NCBI GenBank assembly: GCA_963764715.1
Contig: CAVXTP010000025.1
Span: forward strand, 1 to 53,111
From: an uncultured Acidobacteriota bacterium
Lineage (GTDB): Bacteria; Acidobacteriota; Thermoanaerobaculia; UBA5066; Gp7-AA6
Direction: 5' to 3'
DNA length: 53,111 nucleotides
Position numbers and translations under genes: made by a program. A model generated the notes under the pieces. It was not told the DNA's origin and did not search any database. It worked only from the letters and a program-made list of their open reading frames with translations. Shown here piece by piece: positions 27,263 through 37,562 of the stretch (the first letter of the stretch is position 1; each line of letters begins with the position of its first letter).

Positions 27263-29929
27263 ATGGCACTTCCTGCCGGGCGGCGGCTCGGACCCTACGC
27301 GATCCTGGCTCCGCTCGGCGCGGGCGGGATGGGCGAGGTGTACCGGGCGCGCGACACGCGGCTCGATCGGGAGGTCGCCGTCAAGGTCCTGCCCGAGCGA
27401 TTCTCCGGCTCCCCCGAGGCGCTCGCGCGATTCGACCGCGAGGCGCGCGCCGTGGCGGCCCTCTCGCACCCCAACATCCTTTCCCTCTTCGATTTCGGCC
27501 GCGAGGAGGGGATCGCCTACGCGGTCACGGAGCTTCTGCAGGGCGAGACGCTTCGAGAGCGCCTCTCCCGCGAGCGCCTGAGCGAGCGCAAGGCGGTCGA
27601 GATCGCCGCGGCGATGGCCGACGGGCTCGCGGCGGCCCACGCCGCCGGCATCGTCCATCGCGATCTGAAGCCCGAGAACGTGTTTCTCACCTCGGACGGG
27701 CGGGTGAAGATCCTCGATTTCGGGCTCGCCCGCGTCGACGGGGCGAGCGACGCGACCGCCGCCACCTCGGCGCCCACGACGCCGCCGCCCACGGAGCCCG
27801 GGGTCGTGATGGGCACGGCGGGGTACATCTCGCCGGAGCAGATCCGCGGGCGGCCGGCCGATGCGCGAAGCGACATCTTCGCCTTCGGCGCCGTCCTCTA
27901 CGAGATGCTGACGGGCGAGCGGGCCTTCATCGGCGCAACCACAGGGGAGTCTCTCGCGGCGATCCTGCGGGACGAGCCGCCCGAGGCCTCGGCGAAAGCC
28001 CCGGCCGTCTCGCCCGCGGTCGATCGCCTCGTGTCGCGCTGCCTGCAGAAGAGCCCCGACGAGCGTTTCCAGTCGGCCCGGGATCTCGCCTTCGCCCTGC
28101 GGGAATCCGGCTCGGGCCGCGTGGCGCCCCCGAGCGGCCCCGCCGCGGCCGCTCCCCGGCCCCGGGGACTTCGCCTCCTTCCGGCCGCCACCCTCGTCCT
28201 GGTCGCGTTCGCGGCCGGCTGGCTGCTGCGCCCGGCCTTCGCGCGCCGGGCCGCGCCCTCGATCGACGGCGTCACGCGCCTGACGTTCGGTCCGGGCCGC
28301 AATTTCGGAGCCGCCATCTCGCCGGACGGAAAGTGGTTCACGTACCTCTCGGACGCCGGCGGCCAGATCGACGTCTGGGCGCGGTTCGTCGCCGGCGGAG
28401 AGGCCGTCAACCTGACCTCGAAGTCGGGGCTCGCCGTGGAGGACCGCGCGGAGATGGGCGGTCTGGACATCTCCCCCGACGGAAGCCTCATCGCCTTCGG
28501 CGCGGCGCCGTCCCGAGACAGCTCGATCACCGACTTCACGACGTGGGTGATCCCGGCGCCCCTCGGCGGGGTGCCGCGACGGCTGGTCAACCGGGGAATG
28601 GGCGCACGCTGGTCTCCGGACGGCAAGCGCATCGCCTACGTCAGCCCGGGAGGAGGAGGAGGCGACGCCCTTTTCGTCGCGGATGCCGACGGGGGCCACG
28701 AGAAGGAGATCCAGCGGGCCGCCCTGCATCTTCACGCACCGGCATGGTCCTCGGACGGACGCTTCCTCTACTTCCTGAGGGCCGTCATCACGTTCAACCG
28801 GGCGCCGGCGGAGCTCTGGCGGGCTCCGGCCGATGGCGGCCCGGCCGAGCGCGTCGTCGCGACCTCGCGACGAGCCATCTATGCCGAACCGCTGCCGGAG
28901 GGCCGCGGCCTTCTGTACTCCGCGGACCCCGATTCCGCCGACCTCGCTCTCTGGTGGCTCTCGCCCTCCGGCGGCGCACCGGCCCGAGTGACCACGGGGC
29001 TCGGCGACTTCGAGCTCGCCCGCATCTCGCGCGACAGCCGGTCGATCGTCGCGACACTGACGAACAACAAGGAGGCGCTGGCGACGATCCGGATCGACGA
29101 CCCCTCGCACACGATGAAGGAGCTGACCGGCGGCGAGTCGGGCGACTCCGACCCCGACCTGTCCGCGGCGGGCGACCGTCTCGTGTGGTCGTCGGCGCGA
29201 TCCGGAAACCGCAACCTCTGGATCGGCGCGCCGGACGCCTCCGGAGCGACGCCTCTCACGAGCGGCAACTCGCTGGACGATCGTCCGGCCTTCTCGCCGG
29301 ACGGCAGGCAGGTCGCGTTCATTTCCGCCCGCTCGGGAGAGCGGGGCGTCTGGCTCGTGCCGTCCGAGGGCGGCACGCCGCGCGAGATCTACCGCGGCGA
29401 GGCGGTGGATCGGCCCTCCTGGTCGCCGGACGGAAAGGAGATCCTCGTGGGGACCCACGTCCACGACGTCGGCGCGCTCTTCCGCGTCTCCGTCGCAGAG
29501 GGCCGCTCCACGCCGGTGAACACGCCGACGGGAGCCCTGGCCGCGGACTGGAATCCGAAGGAGCCCCTGATCGCCTACCTCATCCAGGTCCCGGCCACCG
29601 CCGAGCCCAAGCCGACCCGCAACCGCCTGGCATTCGCCGACCCCTCCGGGCAGCCGCGCTTCCAGGACCTGCCACCGGGCCCGGCCTTCCAGAACGGTTA
29701 CCTGAAGTGGGCTCCGGACGGCCGCCGCCTGCTCGCCCTGCGGCAGTCGATGACGTTCCCGCAGGAGGTCTATGTCGTGGATCCGCGAAGCGCGGATCCG
29801 TATCGGCTCATCTACCGGGCGGCCACCGGCGTCTGGATCCGCGGCGCGACCTGGTCGCCCGATGGCTCGACGATCACGATCGGGATCGGGCGCCCCACGA
29901 GCGACATCGTCCTTCTCGCGACCCACTGA
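27263..29929 (+). CDS. Hanks-type Ser/Thr kinase with TM and TolB-like (PD40) propellers
   Basis: LGAGGMGEVY, VAVK, HRDLKPEN, DFG, GTAGYISPEQ; repeated WSPDG motifs. Confidence 0.95.
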   Translation: MALPAGRRLGPYAILAPLGAGGMGEVYRARDTRLDREVAVKVLPERFSGSPEALARFDREARAVAALSHPNILSLFDFGREEGIAYAVTELLQGETLRERLSRERLSERKAVEIAAAMADGLAAAHAAGIVHRDLKPENVFLTSDGRVKILDFGLARVDGASDATAATSAPTTPPPTEPGVVMGTAGYISPEQIRGRPADARSDIFAFGAVLYEMLTGERAFIGATTGESLAAILRDEPPEASAKAPAVSPAVDRLVSRCLQKSPDERFQSARDLAFALRESGSGRVAPPSGPAAAAPRPRGLRLLPAATLVLVAFAAGWLLRPAFARRAAPSIDGVTRLTFGPGRNFGAAISPDGKWFTYLSDAGGQIDVWARFVAGGEAVNLTSKSGLAVEDRAEMGGLDISPDGSLIAFGAAPSRDSSITDFTTWVIPAPLGGVPRRLVNRGMGARWSPDGKRIAYVSPGGGGGDALFVADADGGHEKEIQRAALHLHAPAWSSDGRFLYFLRAVITFNRAPAELWRAPADGGPAERVVATSRRAIYAEPLPEGRGLLYSADPDSADLALWWLSPSGGAPARVTTGLGDFELARISRDSRSIVATLTNNKEALATIRIDDPSHTMKELTGGESGDSDPDLSAAGDRLVWSSARSGNRNLWIGAPDASGATPLTSGNSLDDRPAFSPDGRQVAFISARSGERGVWLVPSEGGTPREIYRGEAVDRPSWSPDGKEILVGTHVHDVGALFRVSVAEGRSTPVNTPTGALAADWNPKEPLIAYLIQVPATAEPKPTRNRLAFADPSGQPRFQDLPPGPAFQNGYLKWAPDGRRLLALRQSMTFPQEVYVVDPRSADPYRLIYRAATGVWIRGATWSPDGSTITIGIGRPTSDIVLLATH

Positions 29930-29965
29930 GCGGAAACGCCCGGCGCCTCCCGGTACAATCCCGCC

Positions 29966-30550
29966 ATGAACGCGACCGACCGCTGGCCCTCCCGCGACGA
30001 AGCCCGCGCCCTGCTCCACGAGTTCACGCAGTCCGACGCCCTGCGCAAGCACGGCCGGGCGGTCGAGGAAGCCATGCGTGCCTGTGCGCGGCGCGCCGGC
30101 GTGACCGACGAGGCCGAGATCGAGCGCTGGGGGATCGTCGGAATGCTCCACGACTTCGACTACGAGCAGAACCCGACCGAGGACACGCACCTGCACGTCG
30201 GAGGACGGATCCTGCGGGAGCGCGGGTACGCCGAGGAGATGGTCTCGACGATCGAGTCCCACGCCGACTACATGAAGATCCCCCGCGACACCCCCATGAA
30301 GAAGGCGATCTACGCCTGCGACGAGCTCGTCGGCTTCATCGGGGCCTGCGTCAAGGTCCGGCCGACGAAGAAGATCGCCGACCTGCCGGCCTCTTCCGTC
30401 GTGAAACGCCTGAAGGACAAGGCCTTCGCCCGCTCGGTCGACCGCTCCTACGTCTACGGCGGCGCCGAGGCGGTGGGCGTGCCCCTGGAGGAGCACATCG
30501 GGTTCCTGATCGAGGCCCTGAAGCCGATCGCGGACGAGATCGGCCTTTGA
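29966..30550 (+). CDS. HD-domain (HDIG) phosphohydrolase
   Basis: LRKH...VE..M, GMLHDFDYE, SHAD, ACDELVGFI, KDKAFARSVDR. Confidence 0.88.
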   Translation: MNATDRWPSRDEARALLHEFTQSDALRKHGRAVEEAMRACARRAGVTDEAEIERWGIVGMLHDFDYEQNPTEDTHLHVGGRILRERGYAEEMVSTIESHADYMKIPRDTPMKKAIYACDELVGFIGACVKVRPTKKIADLPASSVVKRLKDKAFARSVDRSYVYGGAEAVGVPLEEHIGFLIEALKPIADEIGL

Positions 30551-30630
30551 GCCTCGGGCCGGCACGAAATCTGCTATAAATGTCGGTTCCCGGCGAACTC
30601 AAACCCTTTGCCGCAAAAGGACTTGCACTC

Positions 30631-32175
30631 ATGAGCAGCGTCGAGACCGTCTCTCCGCGAACCATCCGGGCCCGATCGATCGCCAAGGACCTCTCGGGCG
30701 AGGAGCTCCGCGCGCTGGCGCGTTCGGGCGAGAAGACGACCGAGTACGGCTCCCCCGTCTACGCCACCCGCATCAAGAACCGCTCGGCCAAGAAGACCTA
30801 CGTGGTCGCCGACGGGGTCAAGGTCGGCGTGATGCAGCAGGCGATCGAAGGAAGCAAAGCGGCCGAAAAGATCCGCGAGGTCCAGGAAGCGCTCTCGAAG
30901 ATGGACCTGATCCAGGTGGACCGGCGAATGGGCATGAGCCCGGAGGCGCCGATCCACTGCCGCCTCTTCGTGCCGAAGGAGTACGCCCGGATCGCGTACA
31001 TGTGGAACAACATGCTCTTCCCGTCCGATTCCGCGAAGGAGCCGGACTTCATCTCCGTCTACGTTCCCGACTGGCCCGAGACGCTGATCTTCCTCGACGT
31101 CAACCAGGGCTACACCTACATCCTCGGCACGGACTACCCCGGCGAAGCCAAGAAGTCGATGCTCCGGCAGGCCATGTACTGGATCAAGCGCCGCGGCGGG
31201 CTGGGGCTCCACGCGGGCTCGAAGATCCTCCGCGTCCTCGGCCCGGACCACGAGCTGCGGGACGTCGGGTTCCTGCTCTTCGGCCTCTCGGGCACGGGCA
31301 AGACGACCCTGACGCTGCACGACCACGGCCTGAAGGAGCCGGAGCGCGCGATCATCAAGCAGGACGACGTCGTCCTGCTGACGCGCGACGGGCGCGCCTT
31401 CGGAACCGAGGACGGCTTCTACATCAAGACCGAGGGCCTCGAGCCGTCGCAGACCGTGCTCTGGGGCGCCGCGACGCACCCGACGGCGGCGTACGAGAAC
31501 ATCTCGGTCGCCGACAACGGGAAAGTCGACTTCCTCGATACTTCGATCACGTCGAACGGCCGCGGCGTGGTCCTGCGGCGCTACATCCAGGGCACCTCGG
31601 ACGGGATCGACCTGACGAAGGCCAACAAGATCGTCTTCATCACGCGGCGCAACGACGTCGTGCCGGTCTGCGCGCGCCTGTCCTCCGAGCAGGCCGCCGC
31701 GTACTTCATGCTCGGCGAGTCGATCGAGACCTCGGCCGGCGATCCGACGAAGGCCGGGCAGGCCAAGCGCGAGGTCGGAACGAACCCGTTCATCGTGGGG
31801 CCCGAGGCCGAGGAGGGCAACCGCGTTCTCCAGATCCTCCGCGAGAACCCGGACATGCAGGCGTACATCCTGAACACGGGCTCGATCGGGGCGAAGTCCG
31901 GAAGCCCCGGCGACAAGATCACGATCAAGGTGTCGACGGAGATCATGAAGCAGATCGCCAAGGAAGGGATCCGCTGGCAGAAGGACCCCGACTGGGGCTA
32001 CGACGTGCCGACGGAGGTCCCCGGCGTCGACCTCGCGAAGTACGACCCGCGGCGCCACTATTCGACCGAGGAGTACGGGGCCCTCGTCGACAAGCTTCGC
32101 GCGGAGCGGCGGGAGTGGCTGGCGAAGTTCCCGGGTTTGGATCCGGTGATTCCGAAGGCGGTCGAAAAGGGTTAA
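30631..32175 (+). CDS. pckA: Phosphoenolpyruvate carboxykinase (ATP)
   Basis: GTDYPGEAKKS, LHAGSK, FGLSGTGKTTL, QDD, EDGFYIKT, YEN, TSNGR, LNTG. Confidence 0.9.
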   Translation: MSSVETVSPRTIRARSIAKDLSGEELRALARSGEKTTEYGSPVYATRIKNRSAKKTYVVADGVKVGVMQQAIEGSKAAEKIREVQEALSKMDLIQVDRRMGMSPEAPIHCRLFVPKEYARIAYMWNNMLFPSDSAKEPDFISVYVPDWPETLIFLDVNQGYTYILGTDYPGEAKKSMLRQAMYWIKRRGGLGLHAGSKILRVLGPDHELRDVGFLLFGLSGTGKTTLTLHDHGLKEPERAIIKQDDVVLLTRDGRAFGTEDGFYIKTEGLEPSQTVLWGAATHPTAAYENISVADNGKVDFLDTSITSNGRGVVLRRYIQGTSDGIDLTKANKIVFITRRNDVVPVCARLSSEQAAAYFMLGESIETSAGDPTKAGQAKREVGTNPFIVGPEAEEGNRVLQILRENPDMQAYILNTGSIGAKSGSPGDKITIKVSTEIMKQIAKEGIRWQKDPDWGYDVPTEVPGVDLAKYDPRRHYSTEEYGALVDKLRAERREWLAKFPGLDPVIPKAVEKG

Positions 32176-32193
32176 GCCGGTTCCGCGGCGTCC

Positions 32194-34863
32194 CTAGAAG
32201 CGAAACGTCCGCGTCAGGAAGACGGCCATCTGTCCCCGGGTGACCGGGCTCGCCGGACAGTAAAGGTGCGCGCCGCATCCGCCGGTGATTCCGCGCCGCA
32301 GGAGCTCCTCGATCCAGTCCACGGCGAACCCGTCGGGGCACGGCACGTCGTCGAACACGCCCACGCAGTCGGCCGGCGAGTGGAACGGGCCGTAGATCGC
32401 CTTCAGGAGGAAAACGGCCATCTGTGCCCGCGTCACCGGCTGGTCCGGGCAGTAGAGCCCGCCTCCGCAGCCGCCCGTCACACCCTCGTTCGCGAGCTCC
32501 TCGATCCACGGCGCGTACGGGCTGCTGCACGGCACGTCGGGGAAGACGCCCTGACAGGGCGGCGGGACGAACTCCGGGACGTACGCGTTCTTCGCCTTGA
32601 CCACGAAGACCGCCATCTGGGCCCGCGTGATCGCCGCGTTCCGGCAGTAGCTCCCGGCCCCGCAGCCGGCGGTGATGCCCTTGCGGAAGATCGTTTCGAC
32701 GAACTCGTGGAAGCCGTCGCTCTGCGGGACGTCCAGAAAATCCGTCATCCAGAACCGCGACTGGAGGACGCGGCCGTTGTGCCACGTCAGCTCCAGGTCG
32801 TTCAGCGTCCCGGGCGGCGCGAGCCCCGGAACGACGCCGACGGCGAGCGCGCCGCCGTCGAGCGGGTTGCGGTGCACGTCCGTCAGCGGCACGCCGGAGA
32901 ACTTCGCGCCCAGCGGATCCTCCAGGTTGTACGCCGAGATCTTGACTGTCATGCCGCCGGCCGCCGGACCGGAGGTCGGCGTGCAGGCGCTGCGCGGCAG
33001 GTCCACGCTGCCGAGCTTGTCGCGGGACGACTCGGCGAAATAGATCCGACCGTCCGTCGCGACGGCGATGCCCTGCGCGCCGGCGAGCGTCGACGGCATG
33101 GGAATCTCGTCGATCGTGCCGGTCGGCGTCGTGATGCGGCCGATGCGGTCGCCCGAGAACTCCGTGAACCAGAGGCTGCCATCGGATCCCGCCGCAATCC
33201 CCAGGGCGCCGGCGCTGTCCGTCGGGATGTTGTGGGAATCGGTCTCGCCGTCGGGAGTCATCTTGACGATCTCGTTCGCAACGATGTCCGTGAACCAGAC
33301 GTTGCCGTCCGGCCCCGCGGCGATTCCCCAGGGAACGCTGGGACTCGCCGGCGTGTCGAACTCCACGGCGTCGCCCGAAGGAGTCATGCGCCCGATCTGG
33401 CCGGCGCCAGACTCGGCGAACCAGAGGTTGCCGTCGGCCCCGGCGGTGATGCCCTGCGGCCCCGAGGCCGCGGTGGGTATCGGAAATTCGGTGATCGTTC
33501 CGGCCGGCGTGATCCGGCCGACCTGGTTGGCGAGCGCCTCGGTGAACCACATGTTCCCGTCCGGGCCGAGGGCGATTCCGGAGGGTCCCGAGTCGAGGGT
33601 CGGTATCGGGAATTCGACGACGCCTCCGATGACGTCCGCCACGGCGATCCGGTTGGCTGCGTACTCGGCAACCCAGGCCCTACCGGCTCCGTCGACGGCG
33701 ATGCCGCGCGGCATTGAGTTCGGCGTCGGCAGCGGGAAGGGCGCCTCCGAGACGCCGGTGACCATGCGCACCACGCTGTTGGTGTCCGAGGCGGTGTACC
33801 AGACCGCCCCGCCGGGACCGGCGGCGACGCCGTAGAGGCCGGTGCCGAGTGGATCGAACTCGAGGATCGGGGCCACCCGGCCGATGCCGCCGGCCTCGGC
33901 AAACCACAGCGCCCCGTCGTAGCCGCTCCCGATGCCGAGCGGTGCGGACAGCGCGTCGGGCGTGTAGTAGGCCGTGAGGCTTCCGTCCTCCGAGACGCGT
34001 GCGATCCGTTCGGTGTCGGTGAGCGTCATCCACAGGCCGCCGTACGCGTCCCGAGCCATCGCGTGCGGGTGCGAAACGAGGAATCCGGGCCCCGGGATGG
34101 GAAATTCCGTCAGCACGCCGGCGGGGGTGATGCGGCCGAAGAGGTTGGCCTCGTTCTCGGCGAACCACAGGTTGCCGTCCCAGGCGTACGCGATCCCCTG
34201 GGGCGCGGCGCCGGAGTCCGGCAGCGAGTATTCCAGCAGGTCGTTGCCGTCGGGCCCGATCCGGCCAATTCGCCCGGCCTTGCGCTCGGTGAACCAGATC
34301 ACGCCGACCGGGCCCTCGACGATGCTCCACGGCTGCACCCAGTTCTGGGGCAGCGGGAACTCGACGATGGTCCCGTCGGAGGAGATGCGGCCGAGCTTCC
34401 CAACGCCGTCGGCCGACTCCGTGAACCAGAGGTACCCGCCCTGCGCCGGAGCGATGCCCTTCGGCGCGGCAGCCGCCGTCGGGAGCGGGAACTCGGTCAG
34501 CATTCCGCCGGGCGTCAGCCGGCCGATCCGGTTGCCGGTTTCCTCCGTGAACCAGAGGTTGCCGTCCTCGCCGGCCGCGATCGAGCGCGGCGTCGAGTTC
34601 GGCGACGGAAGCGGGAATCGCCGGTAGATGCCGAGCCGCGAGACGCGGCCGATCGCGTTGCCGTCGGGAAGCGTGAACCAGAGCCCCCCGTCCGGTCCCG
34701 CCGTGATCTCCGCAGGCCGGCCGACGTCGTCCCACGCCAGCGGTAAGTCCGTGAAGGTCTGCCCCGCCGCGGCCACGGTCAGCGCCGGGCAGGCGAGCGC
34801 CCCGAGAACGAGGACGCGCATCGCAAAGCGTCGGAAGCAGCGAAACGCAGGTCTGGACTCCAC
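32194..34863 (-). CDS. Secreted Vgb-lyase-like beta-propeller repeat protein with IPT/TIG-like and three Cys-containing SLH-like repeats
   Basis: About 14 'P.GI.AGPDGNLWFTE' repeats; C-terminal FxDVP...GITAGC...YC..TRAQMAVF x3; alternative start 34821. Confidence 0.88.
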   Translation of the reverse strand: MESRPAFRCFRRFAMRVLVLGALACPALTVAAAGQTFTDLPLAWDDVGRPAEITAGPDGGLWFTLPDGNAIGRVSRLGIYRRFPLPSPNSTPRSIAAGEDGNLWFTEETGNRIGRLTPGGMLTEFPLPTAAAAPKGIAPAQGGYLWFTESADGVGKLGRISSDGTIVEFPLPQNWVQPWSIVEGPVGVIWFTERKAGRIGRIGPDGNDLLEYSLPDSGAAPQGIAYAWDGNLWFAENEANLFGRITPAGVLTEFPIPGPGFLVSHPHAMARDAYGGLWMTLTDTERIARVSEDGSLTAYYTPDALSAPLGIGSGYDGALWFAEAGGIGRVAPILEFDPLGTGLYGVAAGPGGAVWYTASDTNSVVRMVTGVSEAPFPLPTPNSMPRGIAVDGAGRAWVAEYAANRIAVADVIGGVVEFPIPTLDSGPSGIALGPDGNMWFTEALANQVGRITPAGTITEFPIPTAASGPQGITAGADGNLWFAESGAGQIGRMTPSGDAVEFDTPASPSVPWGIAAGPDGNVWFTDIVANEIVKMTPDGETDSHNIPTDSAGALGIAAGSDGSLWFTEFSGDRIGRITTPTGTIDEIPMPSTLAGAQGIAVATDGRIYFAESSRDKLGSVDLPRSACTPTSGPAAGGMTVKISAYNLEDPLGAKFSGVPLTDVHRNPLDGGALAVGVVPGLAPPGTLNDLELTWHNGRVLQSRFWMTDFLDVPQSDGFHEFVETIFRKGITAGCGAGSYCRNAAITRAQMAVFVVKAKNAYVPEFVPPPCQGVFPDVPCSSPYAPWIEELANEGVTGGCGGGLYCPDQPVTRAQMAVFLLKAIYGPFHSPADCVGVFDDVPCPDGFAVDWIEELLRRGITGGCGAHLYCPASPVTRGQMAVFLTRTFRF

Positions 34864-34936
34864 GGCTCTTCCCCCCTGGAAGAGAAGCGGAATCGCCGCC
34901 CGAAACGCGACACGCGGAGGGCTCCCCGCCTCGCCC

Positions 34937-35656
34937 CTACTCTCCCAGGTACGCTTCCTTCACCTTCGGATTCGCGGCCACCTCCGCCGAAGTCCCCTCC
35001 AGCGCCACGTGCCCCGTCTCGAGCACGTACGCCCGCTTCGAGTGGCGCAGGGCGGCGTTGGCGTTCTGCTCGACCAGCAGGACGGGGGTGCCGTGCCGGT
35101 GGATCTGCTCGATCGCCTCGAAGATCGCGTGGACGACGATCGGCGCGAGGCCGAGGGAGGGCTCGTCGAGGAGCAGGACCTTCGGCTTCGACATGATGGC
35201 CCGGCCGATCGCGAGCATCTGCTGCTCGCCGCCCGAGAGGGTGCCGGCCGTCTGCGACAGCCGCTCCTTCAGGCGCGGGAACAGGGTGTAGACCTTCTCG
35301 TAGTCGGAGGCGATGCCCGCCGCGTCGCGTCGGGAGTAGGCGCCCATCTCCAGGTTCTCGCGGACCGACAGGTTCGCGAAGACGATGCGCCCCTCCGGCA
35401 CGAGGACGAGGCCGTCGCCGACCAGGCGGTGCGTCGGCCGCGAGCGCGTCGGCTCGCCCTGGTAGCGCACCTCGCCGCCCGCGGCCGGCACGAGGCCCAT
35501 GATCGCGCGGAGCGTCGTCGTCTTCCCGGCCCCGTTGGCTCCGATGAGCGTCACGATCTCGTCCTGCGCCAGCGTCAGCGACACGCTCTTGAGCGCCTTG
35601 ATGGCGCCGTAGGCGACGGACAGATCCCGCACCTCGAGGATCGGCTGGCCCGTCAC
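34937..35656 (-). CDS. livF: Branched-chain amino-acid ABC transporter ATPase
   Basis: GANGAGKTT, VPEGR, LSGGEQQML, LLDEPSLGLAP, LVEQN. Confidence 0.95.
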   Translation of the reverse strand: MTGQPILEVRDLSVAYGAIKALKSVSLTLAQDEIVTLIGANGAGKTTTLRAIMGLVPAAGGEVRYQGEPTRSRPTHRLVGDGLVLVPEGRIVFANLSVRENLEMGAYSRRDAAGIASDYEKVYTLFPRLKERLSQTAGTLSGGEQQMLAIGRAIMSKPKVLLLDEPSLGLAPIVVHAIFEAIEQIHRHGTPVLLVEQNANAALRHSKRAYVLETGHVALEGTSAEVAANPKVKEAYLGE

Positions 35657-36414
35657 GCGCCCCCCAGGTAGGCCTCGATGACCTTCGGGTTCTTCTGGAT
35701 CTCGGCCGGAGGCCCGATGGCGATCGTCGAGCCGTAGTCGAGCACGTGCACCTTCTCGCAGATGCCCATGACGACCTTCATGTTGTGCTCGACGAGGAGC
35801 ACGGCCATGCGGAACTGGTCGCGGACCCAGCGGATCAGGTCCATCAGCTCGTTGGATTCCTGGGGGTTCATGCCTGCCGCCGGCTCGTCGAGGAGGAGAA
35901 GCCGGGGCGCCGTCGCCATCGCGCGGGCGATCTCGAGCCGGCGCTGGCTGCCGTAGGGCAGGTTCTTGGCCTTCTCGTCGGCCAGGTGGTCGAGCTTGAA
36001 GATCTTGAGGAGCTCCCGGCTCTCGGCGTCGACGCGGGCTTCCTCGGCGCGGTGCTTCCGCGTGCGCAGCACCGCCGTCGTCAGCGTCGTCGCCTGCCGG
36101 CAGTCGAAGGCGACCTTCACGTTGTCGAGCACCGACATCTCCGAGAAGAGCCGGATGTTCTGGAAGGTGCGCGCGATGCCGCGGCGCGTGATCCGGCCGC
36201 ACCGCTGGCCCTCGATCGAGGCGTCCTCGAACCGGATGGCGCCGGAGGTCGGGACGTAGACGCCGGTGATGACGTTGAAGACCGTCGTCTTGCCGGCGCC
36301 GTTGGGGCCGATCAGGCCGTAGAGCTGCGAGGGCTCGATCGCGAGGTCGAGCTCGTTGACGGCGACGAGGCCGCCGAAGCGCATCGTGACGCGGGAAAGC
36401 TCGAGGATCGCCAT
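35653..36414 (-). CDS. livG: Branched-chain amino-acid ABC transporter ATPase
   Basis: GPNGAGKTT, RTFQNIRLF, LPYG.QRRLEIARA, LLDEPAAGMN. Confidence 0.95.
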   Translation of the reverse strand: MAILELSRVTMRFGGLVAVNELDLAIEPSQLYGLIGPNGAGKTTVFNVITGVYVPTSGAIRFEDASIEGQRCGRITRRGIARTFQNIRLFSEMSVLDNVKVAFDCRQATTLTTAVLRTRKHRAEEARVDAESRELLKIFKLDHLADEKAKNLPYGSQRRLEIARAMATAPRLLLLDEPAAGMNPQESNELMDLIRWVRDQFRMAVLLVEHNMKVVMGICEKVHVLDYGSTIAIGPPAEIQKNPKVIEAYLGGA

Positions 36415-36417
36415 CGG

Positions 36418-36549
36418 CTAGTGCTCTGTACCCGAGGCGTCGATCGCGCCGTCCGGCCTCTGACAAGCACCGTGGCTCTCGTTCTTCAAGACCTGCAGCA
36501 CCATTCGAGCGCCGAGGTTGACATCGGACCTCCCGTGACAGGGCACTAG
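36418..36549. mobile_element. Putative MITE-like insert (124 bp between two CTAG) in the liv operon
   Basis: CTAGTGCTCTGT...ACAGGGCACTAG (11/12 inverted match); removing it leaves livM TAG 3 nt from livG ATG. Confidence 0.65.
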
Positions 36550-37562
36550 TTGTTCCCCGTGGTGCCGGGCGCCCCGCCGATCGAGCGGCGGCGCCGCGTC
36601 AGGAAGGTCACGAACTCGCGGTGCCCGAGGATGCCCTGCGGGCGCACGATCATGATCACGATCAGGAGCAGCGAGAAGAGGATCATCCGGTACTGCGCGA
36701 ACTCCCGCAGGCCCTCGGTCAGGCTGATGAAGAGGACGGCGCCGAGCACCGAGCCCGTGATCGACCCCAGTCCGCCGATGACGATCATGATGATGATCTC
36801 GAAGGACTTCAGGAACGTGAAGGAGTTCGGGTTGATGTACATCAGGAAGTGGGCGAAGAGGCCGCCGGCCACACCCGCCATGGCCGACGACACCACGAAC
36901 GAGATGACCTTGGCGCGGGTCGTGTGGACGCCCATCGCCTCGGCGGCGATCTCATCCTCGCGGATGGCGACGAGCGTGCGGCCGAAGGAGGAGTGGACGA
37001 TCCGGTAGACGACGAGGATCGTCGCGGCCGCGAACAGGTAGATCCAGAAGAAGTTCGCCAGCCGCGGGATGCCCGAGAAGCCGCGCGCCCCGCCCACGGC
37101 GTCGATGTTCAGGATCGAGACCCGGATGATCTCGCCGAAGCCGAGCGTGACGATCGCGAGGTAGTCCCCGCGCAGGCGCAGGGACGGCACCCCGACGACG
37201 AACCCCGCGATCGCCGCCAGCACCGCCGCGATCGACAGACCCAGGAGAAGCAGCACGCCCTGCTGCCCGAACTCGGGCAGGAAGGACAGCGGCACGCGGA
37301 GCCGGTCGCCGAAGGTCACCGTGAAGTAGGCCGAGGAGTAGGCGCCGATGGCCATGAACCCGGCGTGGCCGATGGAGAACTGGCCGGTGAAGCCGTTGAT
37401 GAGGTTGAGGCTCACGGCGAGCGTGATGTTGATGCCCGCGAGGCAGATGACCTGCAGGAAGTACGGCGAGATGGACACCCCGCCGATGAGGGACCCCGAG
37501 AAGAGCCCGTTCGCCACGAAGAGGACCGCCACGAGGCCGACGGCGGCGGCGAGCCCCTTCAC
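36546..37562 (-). CDS. livM: Branched-chain amino-acid ABC permease
   Basis: GFTGQFSIGHAGF, LRLRGDYLAIVTLGFGEI, AIREDEIAA. Confidence 0.95.
   Translation of the reverse strand: MKGLAAAVGLVAVLFVANGLFSGSLIGGVSISPYFLQVICLAGINITLAVSLNLINGFTGQFSIGHAGFMAIGAYSSAYFTVTFGDRLRVPLSFLPEFGQQGVLLLLGLSIAAVLAAIAGFVVGVPSLRLRGDYLAIVTLGFGEIIRVSILNIDAVGGARGFSGIPRLANFFWIYLFAAATILVVYRIVHSSFGRTLVAIREDEIAAEAMGVHTTRAKVISFVVSSAMAGVAGGLFAHFLMYINPNSFTFLKSFEIIIMIVIGGLGSITGSVLGAVLFISLTEGLREFAQYRMILFSLLLIVIMIVRPQGILGHREFVTFLTRRRRSIGGAPGTTGNN

Noticed and set aside
27134-30579. Long ORFs 27134-30565 (-) and 27205-30579 (+)
   Set aside because: Arg/Gly/Pro-rich alternate frames typical of high-GC DNA, overlapping the kinase and HD genes.
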